From Candidatus Latescibacterota bacterium (GTDB lineage: Bacteria > Latescibacterota > UBA2968): a stretch of 64,000 bases of DNA. Both the position numbers and the translations under genes were made by a program. Positions 18,600 to 25,975 of this stretch are shown here, piece after piece. Each line of letters starts with the position of its first letter. Positions within the stretch are counted from its first letter, which is position 1. The stretch covers positions 2,619,821 through 2,683,820 of the forward strand of contig OZ242320.1 in the NCBI GenBank assembly GCA_965208125.1. The letters run 5' to 3'. The notes under the pieces were generated by a model, which worked only from the letters and a program-made list of their open reading frames with translations, searched no databases and was not told where the DNA came from.

Positions 18600-19061
18600 A
18601 TGACGTTGATGGAGATTCTGTCGGGCAAATCGGTCATTATCGGGCTTAAGGGACAAAACAAGCGGGAAATTCTCGAAGAGCTTGTTAATGAACTCGAAGT
18701 AGGCGATAAAATTACTGACCGAGATAAGGTACTCCAGGCGGTTTTGGACCGCGAAGATATTATGAGTACGGGTATTGGGCACGGTATTGCCATTCCCCAT
18801 GGGAAGTCGGAATATGCCACGACGTTGGGAGGTGTGCTGGGCATCAAGTCAGAAGGTATCAATTTTAATGCTTTAGATGGTAAAAAGACCTACATTTTTT
18901 TTCTTTTGGTTTCGCCTCTGGATGTCTCGGGACCGCATATTAAAGCCTTAGCGCGTATATCACGAGTGCTTAAGGGAGAGGATTTTAGACAGCGTTTGAT
19001 TGGCATTAGAAATCGCGAGGAGGCTCTGGCGATTATTGAGACAGAAGATAAGAAATACTAA
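18600..19061 (+). CDS. ptsN: PTS EIIA type-2 domain protein (PtsN / nitrogen-regulatory IIA-like)
   Basis: 153 aa. It has the phosphorylation-site region GIGHGIAIPHGK and is a monocistronic unit with its own promoter-like and terminator signals. Confidence 0.8.
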   Translation: MTLMEILSGKSVIIGLKGQNKREILEELVNELEVGDKITDRDKVLQAVLDREDIMSTGIGHGIAIPHGKSEYATTLGGVLGIKSEGINFNALDGKKTYIFFLLVSPLDVSGPHIKALARISRVLKGEDFRQRLIGIRNREEALAIIETEDKKY

Positions 19062-19087
19062 TAAATATCATAAGATTTTACCCTATG

Positions 19088-19115
19088 CCTGCTTTGCAGA
19101 AAAGCAGGTTTTTTT
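19088..19115 (+). terminator. Rho-independent terminator of ptsN-like gene
   Basis: The stem is CCTGCTTT / AAAGCAGG with a 5-nt loop, followed by a T7 run (19109-19115). Confidence 0.7.
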
Positions 19116-19130
19116 GTTTGAGCATTTTTT

Positions 19131-21191
19131 ATGTTCGGTATTTCATTTACAAATCCAATGCTGTTGCACGGTTTGTGGGCGGCGCTGTTGCCGCTTGTGA
19201 TTCATTTGTTGAATCGGCGTCGTACGGTAACGGTGTCGTTTTCAAATGTGGCGCTTTTGCAAAGGCTCCAGTACGACCGCATGCGACGGCTAAAATTAAA
19301 GCATCTCGCGTTACTCATTTTGCGAACTCTGCTCATTGTTTTGCTGGTACTGGCTTTTGCGCGTCCGACTTTGAGTGGGGGTAGTGGGCAGGTGGGCGAT
19401 GCGGGTACGGCGGCGTTTATTTTGCTCGATCGTTCGTTGAGTATGCAATATCGCACAGCAGAAGGTACGTTGTTTGAGCGGGCGCTTCGCAAGGTACAGG
19501 CTCTGTTGTCCCTGTTTGATGAGCGCGACGATGTGCGGCTGGCACTGATCGACAATGGCGTTGAGGAGGTCGATGTGATCTCGCCAGAGCGGTTGCGGTT
19601 GCTTACAGATACGCTGCAACCCGGTTTTAGCAGTACAGATTTTGAGGCGGGATTGCAATTGGCTTTGTCGCATTTGTCCGGGTCACAGATGCCCAACCGC
19701 GAGTTGTATTTTGTAACAGATCGCGCTTATAATGGATGGACGAATTTGCCCGATACATTGTCAAATTTGGACGATATGTCGGTGTACATCCTTTCCGAGC
19801 GGCCTTCGCAAGTTGCCAATATCGGCATTGGGCAGATCAATACGACTTCTCCAGAGGTCGGGCGTTCAACCGCGCTGGGGATCGAACTGATCAATTACGG
19901 CGCGGCAAATCGAGGCGATGTGCCTGTGCAGATATTTTTAGATGGTCGGCGCATCGGCCAGGATATTGCCCATGTGCCTGCGGGCGGGCGTCGCAAATTG
20001 CATACGTCGTTTGTGCCCAAAACAGGGGGGGATGTTTCCCTGCGTGTGGAAATAGGAGAAGATGATCTCGAGGCCGATAACAAGTGCGTGACAGTGTTGC
20101 GCGTTCCAGAGCGCATCCGCATTTTGCTGGTAGGGGATGCGTCCTACGAGTCTTACTATCTCGCAGAGGCTTTGTCCGTTGTCTCAAGCGAGGTGGTACA
20201 GGTTAAACCCGAGCGCGTATCAGATCAGGTGTTGGAAGATATTGATGTGGTTTTTTTGTGCAATGTTGCGCGGCTTTCTACAGGTGGGATTGCCGCTTTG
20301 CAAAATCGAATATCGCGCGGGGTTGGCCTGGCTATTTTTTTAGGGGATCAGATTGATGTCCGATATTATAATGAGCATGTGTTACCCGCGCTTTTTCCCG
20401 CTAAATTACTCGGTACGCGGGGCGCGTTGTCGGGTGCTTATCAGGCTTTGCAGACGGTTTTGCCCGATCATCCCATGCTGTCGGGTCTGGAACTCAAAGG
20501 GGCATTTCAAAGTCCGCGTTTTTTTGTTTCTTATCGGGTTTTGCCTGCGGCAGATGCACAATCTGTGTTGTCCTTTGCTTCGGGAGCACCCGCGCTTCTC
20601 GAAGCGCGCAAGGGCAATGGGCGCGTCGTGCTGTTCGCGTCTTCGGTGAGTGCGAATTTGGGATGGAATGACGCGCCGCTTTCCGGTTTTTTTGTTCCAT
20701 TTGTGCATCGCCTGAGCGGATATCTGGCGGCTGGGGCGTTTGGTCGATCTGACTATCGCGTCGGTCAAGTTGTGTACAGAGATATCCGACGGGAAAATGC
20801 TTCTGAAGCTGTTCTTCAGGCACCGGGTGGAGAACCCAGAACAATTTGGCCTCAACAACGCGGCTTGCAATCGGTGTGGCCGGTTGGGGTAGTAGATGCG
20901 CCAGGGCTGTGGGAAATTTTTGCGCGCGAGCGCGTCTCTGATCGCTTTGCCGTTCAGATTGATGCGCGCGAACCCGATTTGACCCCGGTTCCGATAGCGC
21001 GACTCGAGGCACTTTTTGGTAAAGATCGCTTGCGCGTTGTGGATGGCAAGGCCGATTTGAAGGAGGCGATTCTTTCTCAGAGGCACGGCCAGGAGCTTTG
21101 GCGATGGGTGTTGTTGATGGCCTTGATGGCGATGGGTGCAGAGATGCTCATTGCACAGTCTGCGCGCACGAGCCGCGGGACGCAACCTTGA
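19131..21191 (+). CDS. BatA-type N-terminal double-TM / vWA domain membrane protein
   Basis: 686 aa. The N-terminus is FTNPMLLHGLWAALLPLVIHLLNRRR (aerotolerance BatA-type TM domain). It also has a vWA-like FILLDRSLSM motif and a C-terminal TM helix. Confidence 0.7.
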   Translation: MFGISFTNPMLLHGLWAALLPLVIHLLNRRRTVTVSFSNVALLQRLQYDRMRRLKLKHLALLILRTLLIVLLVLAFARPTLSGGSGQVGDAGTAAFILLDRSLSMQYRTAEGTLFERALRKVQALLSLFDERDDVRLALIDNGVEEVDVISPERLRLLTDTLQPGFSSTDFEAGLQLALSHLSGSQMPNRELYFVTDRAYNGWTNLPDTLSNLDDMSVYILSERPSQVANIGIGQINTTSPEVGRSTALGIELINYGAANRGDVPVQIFLDGRRIGQDIAHVPAGGRRKLHTSFVPKTGGDVSLRVEIGEDDLEADNKCVTVLRVPERIRILLVGDASYESYYLAEALSVVSSEVVQVKPERVSDQVLEDIDVVFLCNVARLSTGGIAALQNRISRGVGLAIFLGDQIDVRYYNEHVLPALFPAKLLGTRGALSGAYQALQTVLPDHPMLSGLELKGAFQSPRFFVSYRVLPAADAQSVLSFASGAPALLEARKGNGRVVLFASSVSANLGWNDAPLSGFFVPFVHRLSGYLAAGAFGRSDYRVGQVVYRDIRRENASEAVLQAPGGEPRTIWPQQRGLQSVWPVGVVDAPGLWEIFARERVSDRFAVQIDAREPDLTPVPIARLEALFGKDRLRVVDGKADLKEAILSQRHGQELWRWVLLMALMAMGAEMLIAQSARTSRGTQP

Positions 21192-21278
21192 CTTTTGTAA
21201 TTGGTGCGCGTATTTTTGAATTTTGAGCAGGCACAGAGGCGCTGTCCCTACTTCATTTGAACGATAAAGGATGTTTTG

Positions 21279-23723
21279 ATGGCGAAAAATTTGATTATTG
21301 TTGAATCACCTGCCAAAGCGCGGACAATTTCTCGATTTGTGGGCAAGGACTACAAAGTTGCCGCTTCTATGGGGCATGTGCGCGATCTTCCCGCACGCGA
21401 ATTGGGCTTTGATGTAGAGAGTTTTGATCCCAAATACGTCGTGTCGCAAGACAAGCGCAGCGTGATTCAGGCGCTTAAAAAAGATATTGAAAAAGATACG
21501 ACTGTATATCTGGCAACAGACGAAGACCGCGAAGGGGAATCTATTTCGTGGCATCTGATTTCCGCGCTGAGGCTTAAAAATCAGCCCATTAAGCGGATTG
21601 TGTTCCACGAGATTACCCGGTCTGCGATTTTGCACGCGCTTGAAAATCCCCGCGAATTGGATCAAAATCTGGTCGATGCACAACAGGCGCGTCGCATTTT
21701 GGATCGCGCTGTGGGATATCAGTTGTCGCCTTTGTTGTGGCGAAAGGTAAAGGGCGGATTGTCAGCCGGGCGCGTACAGAGTGTGGCGGTGCGGATTATT
21801 GTTGATCGGGAACGGGAGATTCGGGCGTTTAAGCCAGAGGAGTATTGGAGGATTAAATCCGATTTTAAGGATCCCAAATTTCAGGCTGAATTGACGCGGC
21901 AGAATGGCAAAAAAGCGTCTGTGAAAAATGAAGCCGAGGCCAAAGCTATTGAGGCGAGTGCGCTGAAGGGACAATTTGTCGTGACAGAGGTGGTCGAGCG
22001 CGAGGGCGTGCGGCGGCCCGTGCCTCCGTTTACGACATCGACGCTGCAACAAGAGGCGTCTCGCAAGCTAAGTTTTTCCGTGTCGCAGACGATGCGGGTT
22101 GCGCAACAGCTTTACGAGGGCAATTTTGAAATTCCCGGATATACCGGCGGTTTGATTACGTATATGCGTACCGATTCGGTGAGTTTGGCCGAGCAGGCGG
22201 TGAATCAGGCGCGGGAGGTGATCGCGCGGGAATTTGGTCGGGATTACACCGTGGAAAAGCCCCGCCGATTTGCCAATAGAACCAGGGGGGCGCAAGAAGC
22301 GCACGAGGCAATTCGTCCGGCGGATTTGTCGATTAAACCCAACCGCGTTAGAGCACATCTCGATCCCCGACAATTTCGGCTGTACGATTTGATCTGGAAG
22401 CGCACGTTGGCGACGCAGATGGCCGATGCGCGCATTGCATATACAACGATTCGCATTCGGGCAGGTGAAGCGGGTGAATTGATTTTTGAGGCAAAGGGAC
22501 AGCGCGTTTTATTCCCTGGATTTTTGAGGGTTTATGCCGAGGGGTCCGATAATCCAGATGCGGACGTTAGCAACAAAGATGTGATTTTGCCCAGGGTTGC
22601 TAAGGGACAGGTGCTCAATTTGGAGAAGTTGCATTTGGAGCAGTTGTTTACCAAACCGCCCGCGCGTTATACCGAGGCTTCGCTGGTGAAGAAGCTCGAG
22701 AGCGAGGGTATTGGGCGCCCTTCGACTTATTCGCCGACGATTTCGACGATTCAGAGCCGGGAATATGTGGAACGCACGCGGGATAAGAAACTCAAACCCA
22801 CAGATATCGGCGAGGTGGTGAACGATTTTCTGACGGAGCACTTTCCCGATATTGTCGATTTGCGTTTTACGTCGCATCTCGAAGACGATTTTGACGAGAT
22901 TGCCCAGGGCAAAAATTCCTGGAAGGCGATGTTGGAAGGGTTTTATCCGCCGTTTAATAAGCGGGTAGAAGACAAAAAGTCGGTTGATAAAATTGGGCGC
23001 AGTCTGGGCAAAGATCCCAATACGGGGCGCGAGGTGAGTGTGCGTTTTGGACAGTATGGTCCCTTTGTTCAGATTGGTAGTGCGGGTGAAAAAGAAAAGC
23101 CCCAGTTTGCATCTTTGCCATCCAATCGGAGTATTTTTGATATTGAATTGGCCGATGCTCTCAAGTGTTTTGAATTGCCGCGCAAACTCGGGCAAAATGA
23201 TGCGGGCGATGAGGTGCAGGTCAATAGTGGTCGGTATGGTCCCTATGTGCGAATAGGTCGCAACTTTTTCTCCCTGCCAGAGGGAGAGGATCTGTTTGCG
23301 GTGACGCTGGATCGCGCGCTGGAGATCGCGGCGGCTGAGAAGGATCGCAAAGCCAAAAATGTGATTCAGGATTTTGGCGATTTCCAGGTGCTCAATGGGC
23401 GGTATGGTCCTTATATTCGCAAAGATGGAAAGAATTACAAGATTCCCAGAGGGATGGATGCGGCGACATTGGACCGCGAGACGCTCGAACAATTCATGCA
23501 GGGCGGAGCAGGCGGCAGGCAGTCGCAGAATGTGATTCACGATTTTGACGGGATTCAGGTTCTCGCCGGGCGCTATGGTCCTTATATCAAACACGATGGA
23601 AATAATTACCGCATTCCAAAGGGCGTAGAGGCGTCGTCTTTGACGCAGGCGGCTTGCGAGAAAATTATCGCTGAAAACCCGGCGACGAATAGGAGAAGGT
23701 CGAGAAGAAGAAGTAGGAAGTGA
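21279..23723 (+). CDS. topA: DNA topoisomerase I
   Basis: ~814 aa. It has the Toprim N-terminus LIIVESPAKA and the active-site region YMRTDS. The C-terminus has four zinc-less repeats (GQYGPF / GRYGPY x3) and a basic tail RRRSRRRSRK. The ATG lies at 21279, directly after the TTG at 21276. Confidence 0.95.
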   Translation: MAKNLIIVESPAKARTISRFVGKDYKVAASMGHVRDLPARELGFDVESFDPKYVVSQDKRSVIQALKKDIEKDTTVYLATDEDREGESISWHLISALRLKNQPIKRIVFHEITRSAILHALENPRELDQNLVDAQQARRILDRAVGYQLSPLLWRKVKGGLSAGRVQSVAVRIIVDREREIRAFKPEEYWRIKSDFKDPKFQAELTRQNGKKASVKNEAEAKAIEASALKGQFVVTEVVEREGVRRPVPPFTTSTLQQEASRKLSFSVSQTMRVAQQLYEGNFEIPGYTGGLITYMRTDSVSLAEQAVNQAREVIAREFGRDYTVEKPRRFANRTRGAQEAHEAIRPADLSIKPNRVRAHLDPRQFRLYDLIWKRTLATQMADARIAYTTIRIRAGEAGELIFEAKGQRVLFPGFLRVYAEGSDNPDADVSNKDVILPRVAKGQVLNLEKLHLEQLFTKPPARYTEASLVKKLESEGIGRPSTYSPTISTIQSREYVERTRDKKLKPTDIGEVVNDFLTEHFPDIVDLRFTSHLEDDFDEIAQGKNSWKAMLEGFYPPFNKRVEDKKSVDKIGRSLGKDPNTGREVSVRFGQYGPFVQIGSAGEKEKPQFASLPSNRSIFDIELADALKCFELPRKLGQNDAGDEVQVNSGRYGPYVRIGRNFFSLPEGEDLFAVTLDRALEIAAAEKDRKAKNVIQDFGDFQVLNGRYGPYIRKDGKNYKIPRGMDAATLDRETLEQFMQGGAGGRQSQNVIHDFDGIQVLAGRYGPYIKHDGNNYRIPKGVEASSLTQAACEKIIAENPATNRRRSRRRSRK

Positions 23724-23740
23724 GAAATGTGAAGGGTGAA
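23691..23740. repeat. Partial (purine-arm only) copy of the purine/pyrimidine-arm element, copy C
   Basis: GAAGTAGGAAGTG (23710-23722) is identical to 12167-12179 in copy A. The arm encodes the topA basic tail and its stop codon. No matching pyrimidine arm follows. Confidence 0.45.
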
Positions 23741-23745
23741 CAACC

Positions 23746-23938
23746 GTAGGGGCGAAAAATTTTTCGCCCGTTGTTGTAGGGGCAATCCCTCGTGGTTGCC
23801 CGTTGTTGGTAGGGGCGAGGCATGTCTCGCTCATCATCGCGGCCCCTGCTTAAAACATGCAGGGGCAGGCTATAGGGTTGTAGGGGACGGCCCCTGTGTC
23901 GTCCCGTGTGTCATTGCGGCATGATGTTGAGCCGCAAT
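23746..23938. repeat. Cluster of six tandem hairpins with conserved GTAGGGG flanks (REP/BIME-like array)
   Basis: The six hairpins are as follows. (1) 23750-23769 is a perfect 20-nt palindrome GGGCGAAAAATTTTTCGCCC. (2) 23780-23801 is GGGCAA/TTGCCC. (3) 23815-23830 is GCGAG/CTCGC. (4) 23842-23866 is GCCCCTGC/GCAGGGGC. (5) 23884-23905 is GGGACG/CGTCCC. (6) 23913-23938 is ATTGCGGC/GCCGCAAT. GTAGGGG occurs at 23746, 23776, 23809 and 23880, and two of those copies are preceded by GTTGTTG. Confidence 0.7.
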
Positions 23939-24823
23939 CCAGAAAGTTTTAAAAGACTGTGTGAAGCGGGGTGGTCTATGGAATGGGATGACATTGCGCG
24001 GCGGCGCATCAAAGCGGGCGGGTATAGAAGACAGAAGACGTATGATACCTTCGGTTTTATTTTAACGGAAGAGTTGATCATTCCGTCCGCGAGGATGGGT
24101 GATATTGATCTCGATGCGTTTCGGACTTTCCTGCGTATGCAGGGTCTCGATACAGAGGAGGAACCACAGTCTGAGATTGCTGATGATTTGTGTAATAGAC
24201 GTGTTCTAATTGAGTTTGATAATGTCCTGCGTCCGACGCTCTATGGATTGATGGCGTTCGGCAAAGAGCCGCAGGCGCATCCGCGGACAACGAATTTTTT
24301 CGTCGAGTGTGTAGCCTACCTGGGCGAGGATCGAGCGTCGGATGTTATTCTCACCGGCGAGGGGAAGGGACGTCTTGAAGAGCAAATACGCCGGTCGGTC
24401 GGATGGGTTCGCGGTTTGGGATGGAAGGAGAGCTACCACGGTCTTGATCGGGTGGAGACGCCACTAATTCCCGAGAAGGCACTGCGCGAGGCAATCGTCA
24501 ATGCTGTTGTTCACCGGGAGTACGCGATTACAGGGTCGAAGGTGTTGCTCGAAATATTCCGCGACCGTATTGATGTGACCAGTCCAGGGACTTTTCCAAA
24601 TCACATGAGTGTCGAGAATGTCCGCTCGGGCGGCAATCCCCGATCCCGCAATGAGTTGATGGCAAATGCCATGCTCGTCGCGCGCTTGATGGAACAGCGA
24701 GGACGCGGATGGCCCGTGATGCGGAGAGAGATGCGAGAATTTAACGGCACTGAGCCGGAAATCGTGCAAGACGAGGGCGGGAAGTTTGTGCGGGTGACGT
24801 TTAGTAAAGGGGTAGAGGGGTAA
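23906..24823 (+). CDS. HATPase_c_4-type ATP-binding / putative transcriptional regulator protein lacking the usual N-terminal AlbA_2 (Schlafen-like) domain
   Basis: ALREAIVNAVVHREYAITGSKVLLEIFRDRIDVTSPG...GGNPRSRNELMANAMLVARLMEQRGRGW matches the RecG-like/HATPase_c_4 C-terminal module. Candidate starts (GTG 23906, ATG 23921/23924, ATG 23978) lie in or just after the hairpin cluster, so the true start is uncertain. Confidence 0.6.
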   Translation: MCHCGMMLSRNPESFKRLCEAGWSMEWDDIARRRIKAGGYRRQKTYDTFGFILTEELIIPSARMGDIDLDAFRTFLRMQGLDTEEEPQSEIADDLCNRRVLIEFDNVLRPTLYGLMAFGKEPQAHPRTTNFFVECVAYLGEDRASDVILTGEGKGRLEEQIRRSVGWVRGLGWKESYHGLDRVETPLIPEKALREAIVNAVVHREYAITGSKVLLEIFRDRIDVTSPGTFPNHMSVENVRSGGNPRSRNELMANAMLVARLMEQRGRGWPVMRREMREFNGTEPEIVQDEGGKFVRVTFSKGVEG

Positions 24824-24826
24824 CGT

Positions 24827-25000
24827 ATGGCTAATAGAGAGGACACCTTAGCAACTTTCCGTCGTGTGCGTGCGATTCAAGCCGTTGATGAACTTCAAAA
24901 GCAATCGGTTGAAAATGGTCTTAATAATATGGATTTGGAAGAGGTAAACCGCGAAATTCAAGCCGTGCGAGCCTTGCCCACTGCTCAGGAAAATACTTGA
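24827..25000 (+). CDS. Small hypothetical protein (57 aa), antitoxin-like tail; below the ORF-track length cutoff
   Basis: My own translation is MANREDTLATFRRVRAIQAVDELQKQSVENGLNNMDLEEVNREIQAVRALPTAQENT. It starts 4 nt after the preceding stop and has host-like codon composition. There is no obvious Shine-Dalgarno. Confidence 0.4.
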   Translation: MANREDTLATFRRVRAIQAVDELQKQSVENGLNNMDLEEVNREIQAVRALPTAQENT

Positions 25001-25039
25001 TGGTGCGACTATCATTTGAGATGAGTTTTTTTAAATGTT

Positions 25040-25927
25040 ATGAAAATATCCATTACCCAATTCCTCACTCATCTATCGCGGCAGCGGCGATTGTCCGATC
25101 ATACGTGTGCGGCATATAACACGGATCTGGATCAGTTCGCCGCTTTTTTGCAGGGGCGTCAGGTGGATCGCGTGGAACAGATTGATCGGAATGCGGTGCG
25201 GGATTTTTTGGGATTTTTGCACAATAGGGGATTTGGTCGGCGGTCTGTTGCCCGAAAGCTGGCGGCGGTGCGAACGTTTTTGAGTTATTTGTGCAGTGCG
25301 GGCGATTTGGACCGGAATCCAGCACTCGATGTGCGTCCGCCCAGGCAGGATAAGATATTGCCCGTTTATCTGGATGTTGACGAGGTTGCCCGCGCGATGT
25401 CTCTGCCGTCGCCCAATACGGTGTTGGGATTGCGCGATCGGGCGATTTTGGAGTTGTTTTATAGCGCGGGGATTCGATTGCGCGAGCTTGCGGGTCTCAA
25501 AATTGAGGCTGTGGATCTGGCAGATAAACTGGTGCGGGTTGTGGGCAAGGGCAATAAAGAGCGATTGGTTCCTTTCGGGGAACCGGCCCGGGTTGCGCTG
25601 GTGGCTTATTTGACGCGGCGGGAGGAACTGGTTTCTGATCAGACGACGGATAGACGGCACTTGTTTTTGGCGCGGTCTGGGCGTCCGCTGAGTCCCAGTG
25701 GTATTCAAGGTCGCGTTGCCCGGTATCTCAGCAAAGCGACCGGGCGGTCGTTGTCCCCCCATGCACTGCGCCACGCCTATGCAACCCATCTGCTGGATGC
25801 GGGTGCAGATCTCAATGCGGTGAGAGAATTGCTCGGCCATGCGAGTCTTTCAACCACACAGGTTTATACGCATGTGAGTGTTGAGCGGTTAAAAAGAGCC
25901 TATCGACAAGCGCATCCACGGGCGTGA
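25040..25927 (+). CDS. xerC: Tyrosine recombinase XerC/XerD family
   Basis: 295 aa. It has the N-terminal SAM-like domain (FLTHLSRQRRLSDHTCAAYNTDLDQF) and the catalytic region HALRHAYATHLLDAGADLNAVRELLGHASLSTTQVYTHV. Confidence 0.9.
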   Translation: MKISITQFLTHLSRQRRLSDHTCAAYNTDLDQFAAFLQGRQVDRVEQIDRNAVRDFLGFLHNRGFGRRSVARKLAAVRTFLSYLCSAGDLDRNPALDVRPPRQDKILPVYLDVDEVARAMSLPSPNTVLGLRDRAILELFYSAGIRLRELAGLKIEAVDLADKLVRVVGKGNKERLVPFGEPARVALVAYLTRREELVSDQTTDRRHLFLARSGRPLSPSGIQGRVARYLSKATGRSLSPHALRHAYATHLLDAGADLNAVRELLGHASLSTTQVYTHVSVERLKRAYRQAHPRA

Positions 25928-25975
25928 AAAAATAATGTGGCATTATCACCAACACTTTCGACATCTAAATTAGAC

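Noticed and set aside
22509-23837. A 442-aa minus-strand ORF across the topA 3' half and the hairpin array.
   Set aside because: It is antisense to topA, has Arg/Ile-rich nonsense composition and runs through the repeat array. I consider it an artefact.
23736-23924. A 62-aa ORF (MNNRRGEKFFARCCRGNPSWLPVVGRGEACLA…) covering the hairpin array.
   Set aside because: Its reading frame is created by the tandem GTAGGGG palindromes. Peptides of this kind are the usual translation artefact of REP-like repeats.
23746-23938. A CRISPR-array interpretation of the tandem GTAGGGG units. The same idea was considered for the 21-nt tandem repeat at 12152-12193.
   Set aside because: The conserved part is only 7-14 nt and the spacers are themselves palindromic stems of irregular length. 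There are only about 4 units and there are no cas genes in the window. The 21-mers are directly adjacent, without spacers.
25002-25036. A dif-like site just upstream of xerC (starts GGTGCGA…, ends …TTAAAT).
   Set aside because: The two dif-like ends are 35 nt apart instead of 28. The inner arm and central-region positions do not match the GGTGCGCATAA-N6-TTATGTTAAAT consensus. This is probably coincidence.
25040-25927. xerC as the integrase of a mobile element bounded by the hairpin array.
   Set aside because: The protein has the length and motifs of chromosomal XerC/XerD (LGHASLSTTQVYTHV). The genes downstream are ordinary surface-protein genes, and no att-like direct repeats or phage or plasmid genes were seen. 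Housekeeping recombinase is the simpler reading.
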